Source: Paraspadella gotoi (taxonomy: Eukaryota > Animalia > Chaetognatha). From it: 63,948 nucleotides of DNA. Every line of letters starts with the position of its first letter. Position 1 is the first letter of the stretch. The stretch lies in contig CM119270.1 of NCBI GenBank assembly GCA_051294375.1, positions 10,629,850-10,693,797 on the forward strand. Direction: 5' to 3'. Below are positions 13,849 through 30,718 of this stretch, piece by piece. A program made the position numbers and the translations under genes. The notes under the pieces were generated by a model. It had not been told where the DNA came from and ran no database searches. It was given only the letters and a program-made list of their open reading frames with translations.

Positions 13849-14642
13849 TTTTATTTTAATCTTTGTCATCCCAACAACAACAGTGATAAAAGTGTCGACT
13901 AAGAATTGATAAAGAATATTAGTCTTGCAATGTATTTTAGGTATAACCGTCGCTGCTGGTATTTATTTCTATAAAACAAATTAAGACTTATGAATCAAAA
14001 TTATACGACGATACGATAATGATTCTATGTTATCGAGAAATCGTCAGGATTAAGAACTTCATTCAAAACAAGAATCCCGGCCTCAAGTTTGATTGCGAAA
14101 GCGCCATTGCTCTCGCTGGATTTTCTCTTTCGTTTTTTTATCCTTTCGTTTGAGAAATTATAAAGTACGACAAAAATTTAACTTCGTTTAAGATAGTTTT
14201 TTCGTGAATATAACTAGTATAGCAAAAGTATTCCTATTTTAATCATTTAGCCATATATAGTCCTCTGCAAAAAAATAACAAAAAAAACAAAAAAACGCGC
14301 CACTCTATTTCAGACTTTAAAAATCACCCTATGAACTTGAATTTTTAAAAAAAATTTAAAAGTGATTTAAAGTTTATTAAAAGATGATAAGTTTGGCATA
14401 AATTTTATTAAAATCGGGCCATCCATTTAGGAGCAACGCTAAACAAGAAAAAATCTGATAGATTTAAGACTAATCTTTTTTTTGATATTTTACAATACAT
14501 GAAGTAGATTAAAAATGAAACAAATTACACTGGACATCTGGGGGGATAGCTGGATAACTGGATTGCCCCAGAACCCTAAATAATAATCTTAAGGTTATTA
14601 AAACATACAATGAAAGCTTGGTCCATGATTCTGAAGCTTTTA

Positions 14643-15750
14643 CACGGATTTCAAATGGGAGTTAAATGAAATTATCAAATACTGACAACCAACAATGACA
14701 GCATTTTTCATTTTATAGTTTTTATAGTTAAAAAAAATCCTTGTAGGTACACGGATTTCAAATCAGAGTGAAATGAAAAGATTTGTTATTACTCTTCACC
14801 GACTCAATTTGATTGATAATTGATCATTTCATTAGTTAGAAAATTCCTTGACGTTTATGTTCCTATATAACAAATTAAGAATATTTTAAATCATAACAAG
14901 TGTGCGCTTGCTTTCCAGGAGCTTTTTTAGAGAATTCTTATTGTATAATTCAATTTCAAACTTATTGTGAATAAAATTGGGACAAAAATTATAATTTATT
15001 TTACATTCATTATTTAGTAAAATGTCTTGGGAGCATGCAAAAAAAAAAGGTCACAGCCGCTTGCCAGATCAATGAAATTGGTACAATCAATATAAAAATT
15101 ATCCATACATTTAATAAATAAGCTGTCTTGCCCCTGACTTTGGACAGGCTTTGGTGGTTTAAGGCCTCTATCACTCTTACAAGATAATGACATAGAAGGT
15201 CCCTGCAAGCTTTCAATCAAGACTCTCTCACAGTCTCGTTTATTCACTCCCCGAGTACCTGGCTTCCCTATCAATGAAGTGGAAAATATTTTAAAGAATG
15301 TTTCAATCGTATGAAAAGACCACCCAATGTTTTTTTTTTTCAAAGCTGAAATTTTTATTTTCTATATGTTTTAACTATAAAAAATTATCAAATGGAAACG
15401 GCTGTTATTGTGGATATGAAAAAGTTTTTGACATTCTCATTGCTCAGACACATACTTTAATGTCTATATTTGTAAGATGAACCGAAATTTTCAAACATTT
15501 TATTTTTGTTCATAAAAATATATCTTATAACAGGAAGGTCCTATTCAAATGCCAAAAATAAGCTTTTTTTGAAATTTGACCATGCCATTGATGCACATAA
15601 TTAAGAAAGTAAGCAAGCTGGACTACTGGGAGTTGAAAAATATAAAACATCAACGATTTTTTTACCAGGGTGCAAAATCTGAAGTTGCTATAACAAATTA
15701 TTTTGCCACAGTATTTGATCCTTTCATTTCACTTCCATTTGAAATCCGTG
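14643..15750. mobile_element. TA-flanked MITE (Tc1/mariner-like non-autonomous element)
   Basis: TA|CACGGATTTCAAAT starts at 14643 and again at 14750; the inverted end ATTTGAAATCCGTG|TA is at 15737-15752. The body is homologous, in inverted orientation, to 24027-24673. Confidence 0.7.
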
Positions 15751-16020
15751 TAAAAGTCGATTTTCCCATTTGGTTTTGGAACACTCAATTTAGAAAAACG
15801 TTGCCCCGAAACCTTAACAAACAAAAATTCTGTTAAAGAAACACAAAGTTTAAAAGAAAACAAATCATCAATGATTTTTAAATCTATTCTTAGAAAAAAA
15901 ACGTGAGAGATATGTTGACGTTTAAATTTTGAATGGGCATTCTTTGTTCACGTCAACGGCGAGCTCATTGGCTTTAATTCTTTTCTTATGCTAAAGCTAA
16001 AGTAATCTATATATCCTTTC

Positions 16021-17297
16021 AGCAGATCCCGATTCTATAATTCACTTTGTCGGTCCGTCGGTCCGCCCCTCAATCTTGTCGGGCATTCACTTATATCATG
16101 TCAGAACATCGAATTATGATAAATTATGCAAAAAAAAACGATGTCCATCCGTCCGTCCGTCCGTCCGTACCACCTTAGCAAAAAACACCAATTACTCGTG
16201 ATTGGATGGATGGATTGGAATTAAATTTTGTGTGTGGGTAGTAGGCCGGAACAGGTTGAAAACTAGAAGTTCTCTCAAATAAATAATGATTAAAAGTGAC
16301 TGTTAGAGAATATGAAAATAAAAATAATTTTTAAAAAATTATCTTATTAATAAGCGCACGGGAAGCATTTAAAGATTATTTTATTACTATATAAAGTTAA
16401 AATTTTTTTTGAATTTTTCAATTTTTTTTTAATGGATTCTGATAGAGCTTTAAAAAGTTAGATAAAGGTTATTAATACAAATTTTAAATTTTTTTTGTTA
16501 TTGATAAAAATTTTAAAAAACTATAAAATTCAGCCAATGATGATGATGATGATGATTTTTTAATGTTTTTTCTGTTTTTAACCAATTTTTTGTCAAAATT
16601 TTAAAAATTGTAGTACTAACTTTCATTTAACTTTTCAAGCTCTATAGGAATCCGATCTTAAAAACTAATTTTTTAAAAAAAAAATTTTGTCATTTGTTAT
16701 ATATTAATAAATATTTAAAAGCTTCAGTGCAACAACCCAATGAACTAATTCAAAAAGTTGCATTGAAAATCGATTCAGTAATAGATTGGAAAAAAGGAAT
16801 TTTTTTGAGAGAATTAAAAGTTATAAAAAGTGTTCAATTTTGGCCCGCCTTAGTGGGTAGGGAAGTGTGATTGAGCTGGATATGAAGTTTCGATGGAATC
16901 GTCCAGTGGAAATGAGTTTAAATGGAAAAAAACAAAAAAAATATATTTCACTATTTGAACACTATTTACTAATGAGTGGATGGGGCGATTGACTTGAAAT
17001 TTTGTATTTGGGTGGAAAGGTGTGTGATTAAACTGGAAATCAAGTTTCGATGGAATCGTTTGAGTGAAAATGAGTTTAAATGGAAAAAACAAAGAACCTG
17101 TTTCACTAATTGATTATGCTTCTTTTCTTTTTTATTTTAAATGTAAATGCAAGATGTATTAATTAATCAAATAATTAATTAGTTAATAATCAATTAATTA
17201 ATCAATAATTAATTAATCAGTTAATTAATCAATGAAAATTAATTAATTACCGATAATGATCGTGGGCAGATCCGACATTGTTTGCTCAAACTTGTTA
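16021..17297 (+). mobile_element. Second copy of the Helentron/DINE-like family 1
   Basis: 16031-16190 matches 13216-13430, including the (CCGT)n tract. 17090-17297 matches 13432-13848, including gggcagatccgac...aaacttgtt. It has about 900 bp of extra internal sequence, and the 5' subTIR is missing. Confidence 0.72.
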
Positions 17298-17422
17298 AAT
17301 TAAATTTCGTCATAATTCGTGAAACTACTTCACCTAGAGACTGGATTTCGCTTCATATCGGTTTTTTAGTCTGTCGCACGATTTTTAGGTTAAAATTGAC
17401 GAAATCTAAGTCAAGACTTAGA

Positions 17423-17489
<67 letters not shown>

Positions 17490-18159
17490 TTCGCTCTTTC
17501 TCTCTCTCGCCGTATATCCCTGGGGCTTTCTTTTCTTTCTCAAGTTTTTTTTCCCCCTTTTTTTCCTTTTTTTCTACATTCACTCTCAATGAAAGACGTC
17601 TTCTGAGAGATACTTTTTTTTATAGTAATGGGATTTGGCTTTTTCCCAAAAAACTAACCTACATAATAGTATCGAGTGGTTTCACGTATCCACTTTTACG
17701 GGATTTAGATGCCATTTAGGAGATGCTTTCCAATATATTTTATTCATAATAGATTTACCAAGTTTACCTTGTTATAGAAAAATAACTTATAAACATCAAA
17801 ATATAATTCATATAAATTATGAATGTTACAAGCTATTTTTTCTTTCTCTCTCGCTAGAAATCAAAAATCTTTCCCGTTATTCTGATGTTCTTCAGTCCCT
17901 GCGGACTTCGCAAAAAAACATGTTCACGAATCGAATAAAAAATTAAGTGCTTTATCTGTCATTTTTACATGTACTTGCCTCCTGAAGTTGATTTTTTTAA
18001 AGGTTTTTTTTCCCAAACCTACTACGTATTTCCAGACGAGACTAATGCACTGTTATACCCGGACTTTCTTTAATTTTTTGTTATACCGGGAAGAAGTGAA
18101 AGATTGAACCCCATCACTCAGCGATGCATATTTCAATTTTCTCTCTCAGTTAGCGATAA

Positions 18160-19072
18160 TATATTCTCTTAGTAAAGTTATCATGGGAAAAAAAGTTCTC
18201 CTGTCAAATAAATTATTTTTTTTAAATCGAAATTTATTCGGATATCAGCTGACGGTAATCTTTTTTTTTTTCAAAAATATACCTCGGAAAAGCTTGCTCA
18301 ACTTTATTTTGTTTATAGTGATCAAACTTCGGAAATATTAAAAGAAGTAAAGATCTCAAAAATTAATTTTTAATTCTGACGACCTTTTTGTTCATAGTAA
18401 ACAAACTTTGGAAATATTAAAAGAATTCTTAAAGTAAAGATCTGAAAAATGAACTTTTAATTATGACGACGATTCAAAACATGTTTTTATAAAACGTTAT
18501 TTTATTATTATTATTATTTTATACGTTTTGAATCTAAATAACGTTTTATAAAAACATGTTTTGAATCGTCGTCATAATTAAAAGTTCATTTTTCAGATCT
18601 TTACTTTACGAATTCTTTTAATATTTCGAAAGTTTGTTTACTATGAACAAAATAAAGTTGAAAAAGCCCGTGCACCCCCCCAAAAAAAATCAAAAAAACT
18701 ACGCTTATATAATTAATCTTCCGAGGTATAGTGGACTAAAATCCACCAACCGTTCATCAGTGGCCATTGGTGCCGGAGGCAAGCTTATTCGCCTCCCATC
18801 CCAAAGGTCCGGTGTTCTACCCCGGTGGCCGCCAAGCAGTTAAGAGAGAGGGGCGCTTAACCCGCCTGTAACACGGTATTACAGCCTGATCCGAAGCTCA
18901 GGGACTGCTTATATTGAACGGTTTTGTCACTAACACATAACAATAATTACTGTCTCTTCATAGGTATAGTTTGAAAAAAAAAAAAGATTACTGTCAGCTG
19001 ATATCCGAATAAATTTCGATTTAAAAAAAATATTTTCTTTGACAGCAGAACTTTTTCCCAGAGAGACTATTA
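18160..19072. mobile_element. Fold-back (palindromic) element
   Basis: 18183-18290 is the reverse complement of about 18962-19060. 18388-18500 and about 18538-18650 form a near-perfect inner palindrome. Confidence 0.75.
18733..18961 (+). mobile_element. Putative tRNA-derived SINE with 9-bp TSD
   Basis: Flanked by aggtatagt (18724-18732 and 18962-18970) and absent from the opposite palindrome arm. A-box-like TGGCCATTGG (18761) and B-box-like GTTCTACCC (18814); attcgcctccca...ccgg...gcca resembles tRNA-Gly. Its 3' part recurs inverted at 35476-35567. Confidence 0.6.
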
Positions 19073-19231
19073 TGGCAACAACAAGGTTGCCAGTGATGCC
19101 CATTGGGATGGGGCAACTCACTGTTGGCTTTGGGGGCTTACGACCCTCAGTGAAGCCTCCAGTAACTGGCACGGTTACCCGAGGACGGCCTCGCTTTGCC
19201 AACGCAGAGGGAAGTCGTTAGGACTGTGGAT

Positions 19232-19850
19232 TAGAGCGTAGTGAAAGTTACGTACGGAAATTCTAAAAGTCAATTATGATCAACATACCATCAGTGAACA
19301 TTAATTTGTAAAAAAAATTAATTTTATATTTTTTTAATTTTCGCAGTAGGCTATATTTATATATAGTACTATCCTTATAAAATCGAAAAACTTCAAAATA
19401 GGCTTTTCTTAATTTTGATTGCAGATTTGAATTCAGATTTGAATTCAGAAGTTAATATCAGAAAATATAAATTATTTTTAAAAATTCTTTCATTAAGTGG
19501 GTTCAAAATTAAAAAAACTATATTTAATATATAAAAATTTAATTTTCAGCTTAAAATATAGCTTTCTATAATTTTTGACCCACTTAATGCAGGAATTTTC
19601 CAAAAAGAGTTATATTTCTTTATATCAACTTTTTATGACGAATCCAAATCTGCAAAAAAATCTTTAAAAAAACTGTTTTGAAATTTTAACATTTATTGGA
19701 TTAGTACTAGTATAAATATGGCCTACTGCATAAATTGTAAAATTTATTATAAATTTTTTTTATACATAAATGTTCATTAGTATAATGTTGTTCGTTCCTC
19801 ACTTTTAGAATTTTAATTAAAGTTAAATTTAGAAATTTTACTACGCCTTA
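19232..19850. mobile_element. hAT-like MITE with 8-bp TSD
   Basis: TSD ctgtggat at 19224-19231 and 19851-19858. TIRs tagagcgtagtgaaagtt and aaattttactacgcctta. Palindromic AT-rich body related to 12590-13215. Confidence 0.78.
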
Positions 19851-20170
19851 CTGTGGATGGAACACAACGCCTGGGATAGTGGGTCCACTGAGCAAATGGG
19901 ATTGGCTGAACGATGGTGAACGTGAGGCGGTGTGAATATACCGCCGCACTATCATATTTATTTTTTAATTAGGAAAATATCCTCAGGAATTCTTTAGTTT
20001 TTCAAAACTTTTTCTTTTCTTTTTCTCGAATTTTGTAAACAAATAAGACGGACATCGATATTTTTTTTCTTCACGATGTCAACAGTTTTCTCCAAACTCC
20101 AAGATCAATTTTATCTCAACACAATGACCATTTCAACTATCGGTCATCTTTCCCGCCGACCGCCCCTCGG

Positions 20171-20631
20171 ATGACTCCGCTCAGGCGTTCTTCGCAGCAA
20201 CATCAGTCGAAACAGCAAAGCGTTCCGCAGCAGCCACCGCTGTCCCCGCAAATGCCGATGCTGCTGAAGCTGATAATTATAACCTTCGGATTCTATGAAA
20301 CTTTCTCCGCCGACGTCAACAGCAACGACGCCGCGGGCCTCACCGACTTTGAAGGCCTCATCCACGTCCTGGACGACCCTTCCTTCTGCCTCGCCCGACA
20401 ATTGATCCAACCATCTCGACGAAGCGGTGGCGACCTTCCCGTTCATCTCCATCAGTGCTATGGCATCACCCGGCGCCATTTCGACGCACAGCGATGGAAA
20501 TTCGACGCCGGATCGGCGGAAATTCGGCCGGCGTCGAACCCGCGTCTCTGTCTGGCGGCGCCAAAGGCCGAGAGGCTCAAGAACCTCGTCGTAACGCCTT
20601 GTGGAACGACGGACAGAGTCAGGAAGGTTGT

Positions 20632-20696
<65 letters not shown>

Positions 20697-23193
20697 CTTA
20701 CTAATCTACATTCAACACTCTACCACTCTTTTGTCCACAGAAGTGGACATACTCTTCCGACGACGGCCTCCTTCGTCTTCAGACTTTCCACTCCCTCTGC
20801 GTCTCGGCGGAAAGTCTCGGTCCTCCGCGGAATTTTCTTAAGATGAAGATGAAGTCGTGCGAAGCTGGGACGTCATTGCGGTTAGTCGTTGTAGATTTTC
20901 CCTTCTTTAATTTACAACTTTAGTTAAAATTGAACAATTTCATTTTATTACTGTATTGGTTTTAAAATATTCTTAAATTCTTGATTTACTCAAGTTTTTC
21001 AAATCCTTCATTTTGTAAATGCTTTTCATTTTACGTGAAAGTGAATCATTTTAATCATGAATGTGAATCGTGGAGTTCTCAGAAAGCCGAGTCTTTAACC
21101 CTAAATCTCAACTCATCAACTCAACACATCACTTCAACTTTTCAACCCCACAGGTTCGCGGGCTCCGTCGTCGACTGCGGAAAGAAGTCGAGTCCTTTGA
21201 GAAAGTTGAGAATCATGGGAGGAATGGACGCCGATGAAGCTTCGCATCCGTGGCAGGTGACGTGACAGGTGACGTGACAAGTGACATGAAAGGCGGCGTA
21301 ACGATTCGTAAATTGTAGAAGTTGTTAAATTTAATAAAGTTTGTTAAAAATTTATGCTCTTTTAGCAAATGTCTCGCGTCACTGCTCTTTCAAAGTTTCA
21401 TTTTGATAAGTCCTAGCGTTTACGTTCTGAAAAATCATATAGCAAATGTTTTTTTGACAAAATGTAAAGAAAATGAAATATTTTGAGTATAAATTTCAAC
21501 TTTTTGATTCAGTAAAAAAAATTCAAAACCATTTTTTTTGTTTTAACTTTTAAACAAGATACAAATCAGATTTTTGACTTTGCTCATTTAAATTTATCCT
21601 TAACAAATTCAACCCTTACCATCCTCTTTCTCCCAACCCCCATCCCTTCCTCCAGGTCCACGTCCGCCTCCAAGCTCGCGTCGACTCCACCCTCCGCAAG
21701 AAGACATTCGGTGGGACCCTCGTGGACTCGGATCACGTCGTCACCGCCGCCCACTGCGTCGTCGGCGACGTCGTCGACGCCATCGTCGTCGCAGGATCCA
21801 ATTTCCGGAGTCGGCGCCTCGATGCCGGACGCCAGAGGCCGCAGATGAGGAGCGTGAAGCGAATCGAGATTCATCGGAAATTCAAGGAATATAGGAATCC
21901 AGCAGTGGCATTGGGTGAGAGAGAAATTTGTGTGAAATGCAGACAGAAAGTGACAGAAAGATTGAAGGTCAAAGACTGACAAAGAAAAATGGCAGACAGG
22001 CAAGGCCGACCAAGAGACAATCAAGAAGATTGTCAGCAAATAAAAAACAAATAGAGAGTTATTTGGCAGACAAGCAATTATATAGCCAGTCAGAAAGACA
22101 CAGGCAAACTATTTTTTTTGTCTCCATCTTTAAATTCTCTCTACGTTACCCACTCCAAGGTTCCGTTAACGACATTGCCATCCTAACCCTCTCCTCCCCG
22201 CTCGATCTTTCCCGAGGATCTGCGGGCGGCGTCATCCCGATCTGCGTCCCCAGCGCGACGGACCGGTTCTGGGCGGGGGAACCCGTCACCGTCACCGGGT
22301 GGGGTGTGGTGTCCAGGGTGGGTCTGCTCAGGGGCAGACGGCCGGATCGTCTGCAGGAGGCAAAGGTGAGAGACCCCGTAGGGAAGATATTAGAGGAGGG
22401 TGAGGAAAAATTCGAAGCCCAATCGAATCTCATTATATTGTATCCCTCGTTTCCAGCTCTCTCTCATGAGCCTGACAGCGTGCCAGGCTCTCTACTGGCC
22501 CAGCCCGGCGCGCGTATTGGATACCATGTTGTGTGCTCGGGGGGAGGGAGGTGAAGACGCCTGCACGGGCGACTCGGGAGGCCCACTCGTTATTCGGAAG
22601 GGCGCGTGGAAGCACGTGCTGGTCGGAATTACGAGGCGAGTTGGCGGGGAAAAAAGAGGAGACTGGACGCAACAAGACGATATTATCGTCGATAACTGCA
22701 GTGACACTTTAAGTTGTATTAAAAATAACGAGGCTTAGCGATGCTTTTTATGACAAACTAAATGATTATATTAATTAATTGTTGTTTTCTTAATCATGAT
22801 GATGCGCGCATAACTTTACATAAAATAAATACCATAACATAACAAACAAAACTCTGAAACAAACCCAAAGAGTGACTTTGAATAGATAGAATAATAAAGA
22901 AAAGGAACCAAATTCGTCTGATAAAATACATCCGATAACCTGGAACCGGACCTGGAACAAAATAAATTCCGACAGATGTCATCCTTTTCTTCTTTCTCCC
23001 TTTGCCCAGCTGGGGATGGGGATGTGGGCGCATCAGCTATCCCGGGATCTACACGCGGGTTCAATCCTTTCTTCCTTGGATCGAAAAAAGAACTCGTGCT
23101 TCCCCGGGAATCGAGTGTTTGGCGCCGAGACTCAAGTGCGCCGAAGTCAACAATCTCGATTGCGTCTTTCATCCGGATTGCGAGCCGGCTTGA
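20171..23193 (+). CDS. Secreted trypsin-like (S1A) serine protease with an N-terminal ricin-B-lectin-like domain
   Basis: Exons 20171 (or Met at 20252)-20626, 20741-20880, 21154-21256, 21656-21914, 22160-22365, 22457-22635 (GC donor), 23010-23193. Activation site R|IMGG; triad motifs TAAHC, NDIAIL and GDSGGP; S1 Asp in EDAC; [15 protein letters not shown]. The N-terminal part has a hydrophobic signal-like stretch and C...C...QRW / C...C...KKW repeats. Confidence 0.88.
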
Positions 23194-24026
23194 TAGACCA
23201 AAAATTGGAAACAAGCTTAATGAAATTTAAACAAATAAACGAAACAAGCAATGAACTGTTACACTCCTGGCTGTCTTTGTTATCTAAGGACACTTTTAGC
23301 TTCAACTTTAAACCTTTTTACGGTCATTTCTTGAAATTAGGGATTTTGTCTAAGATCATGATCTACACATTTTTTGCTCTGACACTGCAAATTTTAGTAT
23401 TAAGTAGTAATTTTTACTGCTCGACCATGCATTTTGATTGAGTTTTCCAATCTTATTAGTGCAATAATAATTATTCAAAAACTATAAATATTTATAAATT
23501 TTACAGTTGCTAGGATAAATAGTAGGAGACAAAAAACCATTTAAAATCTTTTAATCATACAAAAGTAATAAAAATTCAACAACGACTAGTAAAACTCATT
23601 CATGGCACAATTGTGTATAAAAAAACCTCGCTAAATGAGGGTATAGAAATTCAACCAATCACGATTTCTATTCTGCAATTAAAAAAAGAAAAAAAATCCC
23701 TAGAATCAAGTAATCAAGATAATTGAATTATTTAGAAGAAAAAAAGACCATCGACCAACGAGTTAATACAATTTCGGTATTTTCAGGCTCGACTCGAATA
23801 ACAACAACAACAGGGGGCAAAATGTAACGAAAAAGCGAACCAAGTGAATATAAAACTACACAGAAGAAACGAGATTAAGAGGAGCAGAAAGGGAAAACTG
23901 AACCTTTTCATTAACGTCTAATTTTCATGAATCATTGTTTTAAGGCACAAATGAATAGTAAAATAAGATGAATGGTGTGTTGAAATTTAATGAATGAGTT
24001 TGTGAAAATATCAAAAAATAACTTAA

Positions 24027-24673
24027 CACGGATTTCAAAAGGGAGTGAAATGAAAAGATCAAATACTGATTTTGAACTCTGGTAGAAAAATTGCTGACGT
24101 TTTTTATTTTTCAACCCCCAGTGGTCCAGTTTCCTTATGTTTTTATTTATGTGCTCATCAATAGCAGGGTCGAATTTAAAAAAAAAAAATTTTGCATTGA
24201 ACAATAAGAATGTTAAAAGCTTTTTCACAACTACAATGACAGCCATTTTTATTTTGCTGTTTTTTCTAGTTTAAAACTTTTAAAAAAAAATAAAAATTTC
24301 AGCTTGAAAAAAAATTGAAAAAGAACAATGATCTGGCAACATCCAGTTGCCTCATTAAACCTTGAAATATATTAATAAGAATTTTGTTACACGCTCCCAA
24401 AACATTTTACTAACTAATAAATGTAAAAGAAATTAAAATTATTGGCTCAATATTTTTCACAATGAGTTTAAAATAGAACTATCAAATAAGAGGGAAAAAA
24501 TACTGCAAAATAAGCTGCTGGAAGGTTGTTATGATAAAGTATTATCAATTTGTTATATAGGAATATAAACGTCAAGAAATTTTTTAACTAATAAAATGAA
24601 CAAATATTAATCACATTCAGTCAGTTAAGAGTTATTACAACTCTTTTCATTTCACTCCCATTTGAAATCCGTG
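24027..24673. mobile_element. MITE of the same family as 14643-15750
   Basis: TIRs CACGGATTTCAAA(A/T)GGGAGTGAAATGAAAAG at both ends, TA on the right flank; the body matches 14750-15750 inverted. Confidence 0.72.
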
Positions 24674-25335
24674 TATAAGGCAGAAACGAATTACCTATAA
24701 CTTTTTTTTTCTAAAAAAAATAGCATACAGACAATCAGATAGAGAGACAGACACGGGCAATGAAAGTTATTTTAAGGCGACGACGACATACAAAATTAAA
24801 ATTCAAGTCAAGCTGCTGCGACAAGCAAATTCAACAAGCAAATTTTGACCGTACGATTGTGGATTGTGGATAAGTGGGCTGAAGACAACTATCCGTAACA
24901 TCCATAGCAGCCATGGAAAGGGTTCCAAGGCTTGGAACCAGACTTGACGGTTTTCCACGCCCCCAAGTTTACGGCCGTCCTCACGCTTCCCGCAGGTTAT
25001 GTACCGGATTGGGATAAAACCCGGTACCTTTTACTCAATGTTTCACCTGGTCACGACTGATGCTTATTGCTTATATGCGGGGTAAACTTATGCAATGCCG
25101 GATTACACGATGACGACGTAATGACAATGAGAAAGATCTAACTTGATTTTGCTTAAATTAAACTAATTTTAATTTAATTTCTTTAAAAAATTTCAAATAA
25201 CGAATCTCAGGCTTAGTTTAGTATTTCTTCATTTAATTCTCTAAATAAAAAGTTACTTTTTACTTTCTCCTTTACTTTCTAATTCGAACGACGACCCCAT
25301 CTCGCCAAATCCTTACATCCCTTCCCAAATAAAGA

Positions 25336-30718
<5,383 letters not shown>

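Noticed and set aside
18721-18770. CTGATGA on the minus strand followed by a hairpin (possible hammerhead)
   Set aside because: No GAAA at the end of stem II (it reads GGAAG) and no stem III or cleavage triplet.
18755-18835. Functional tRNA-Gly gene
   Set aside because: Acceptor and anticodon stems do not pair properly and there is no oligo-T terminator; better explained as a SINE head.
24915-25000. GGTTCCAAGCC (twister-like loop) and TCCACGC/TCCTCAC (HDV-like L3)
   Set aside because: The required flanking helices and pseudoknot partners are absent.
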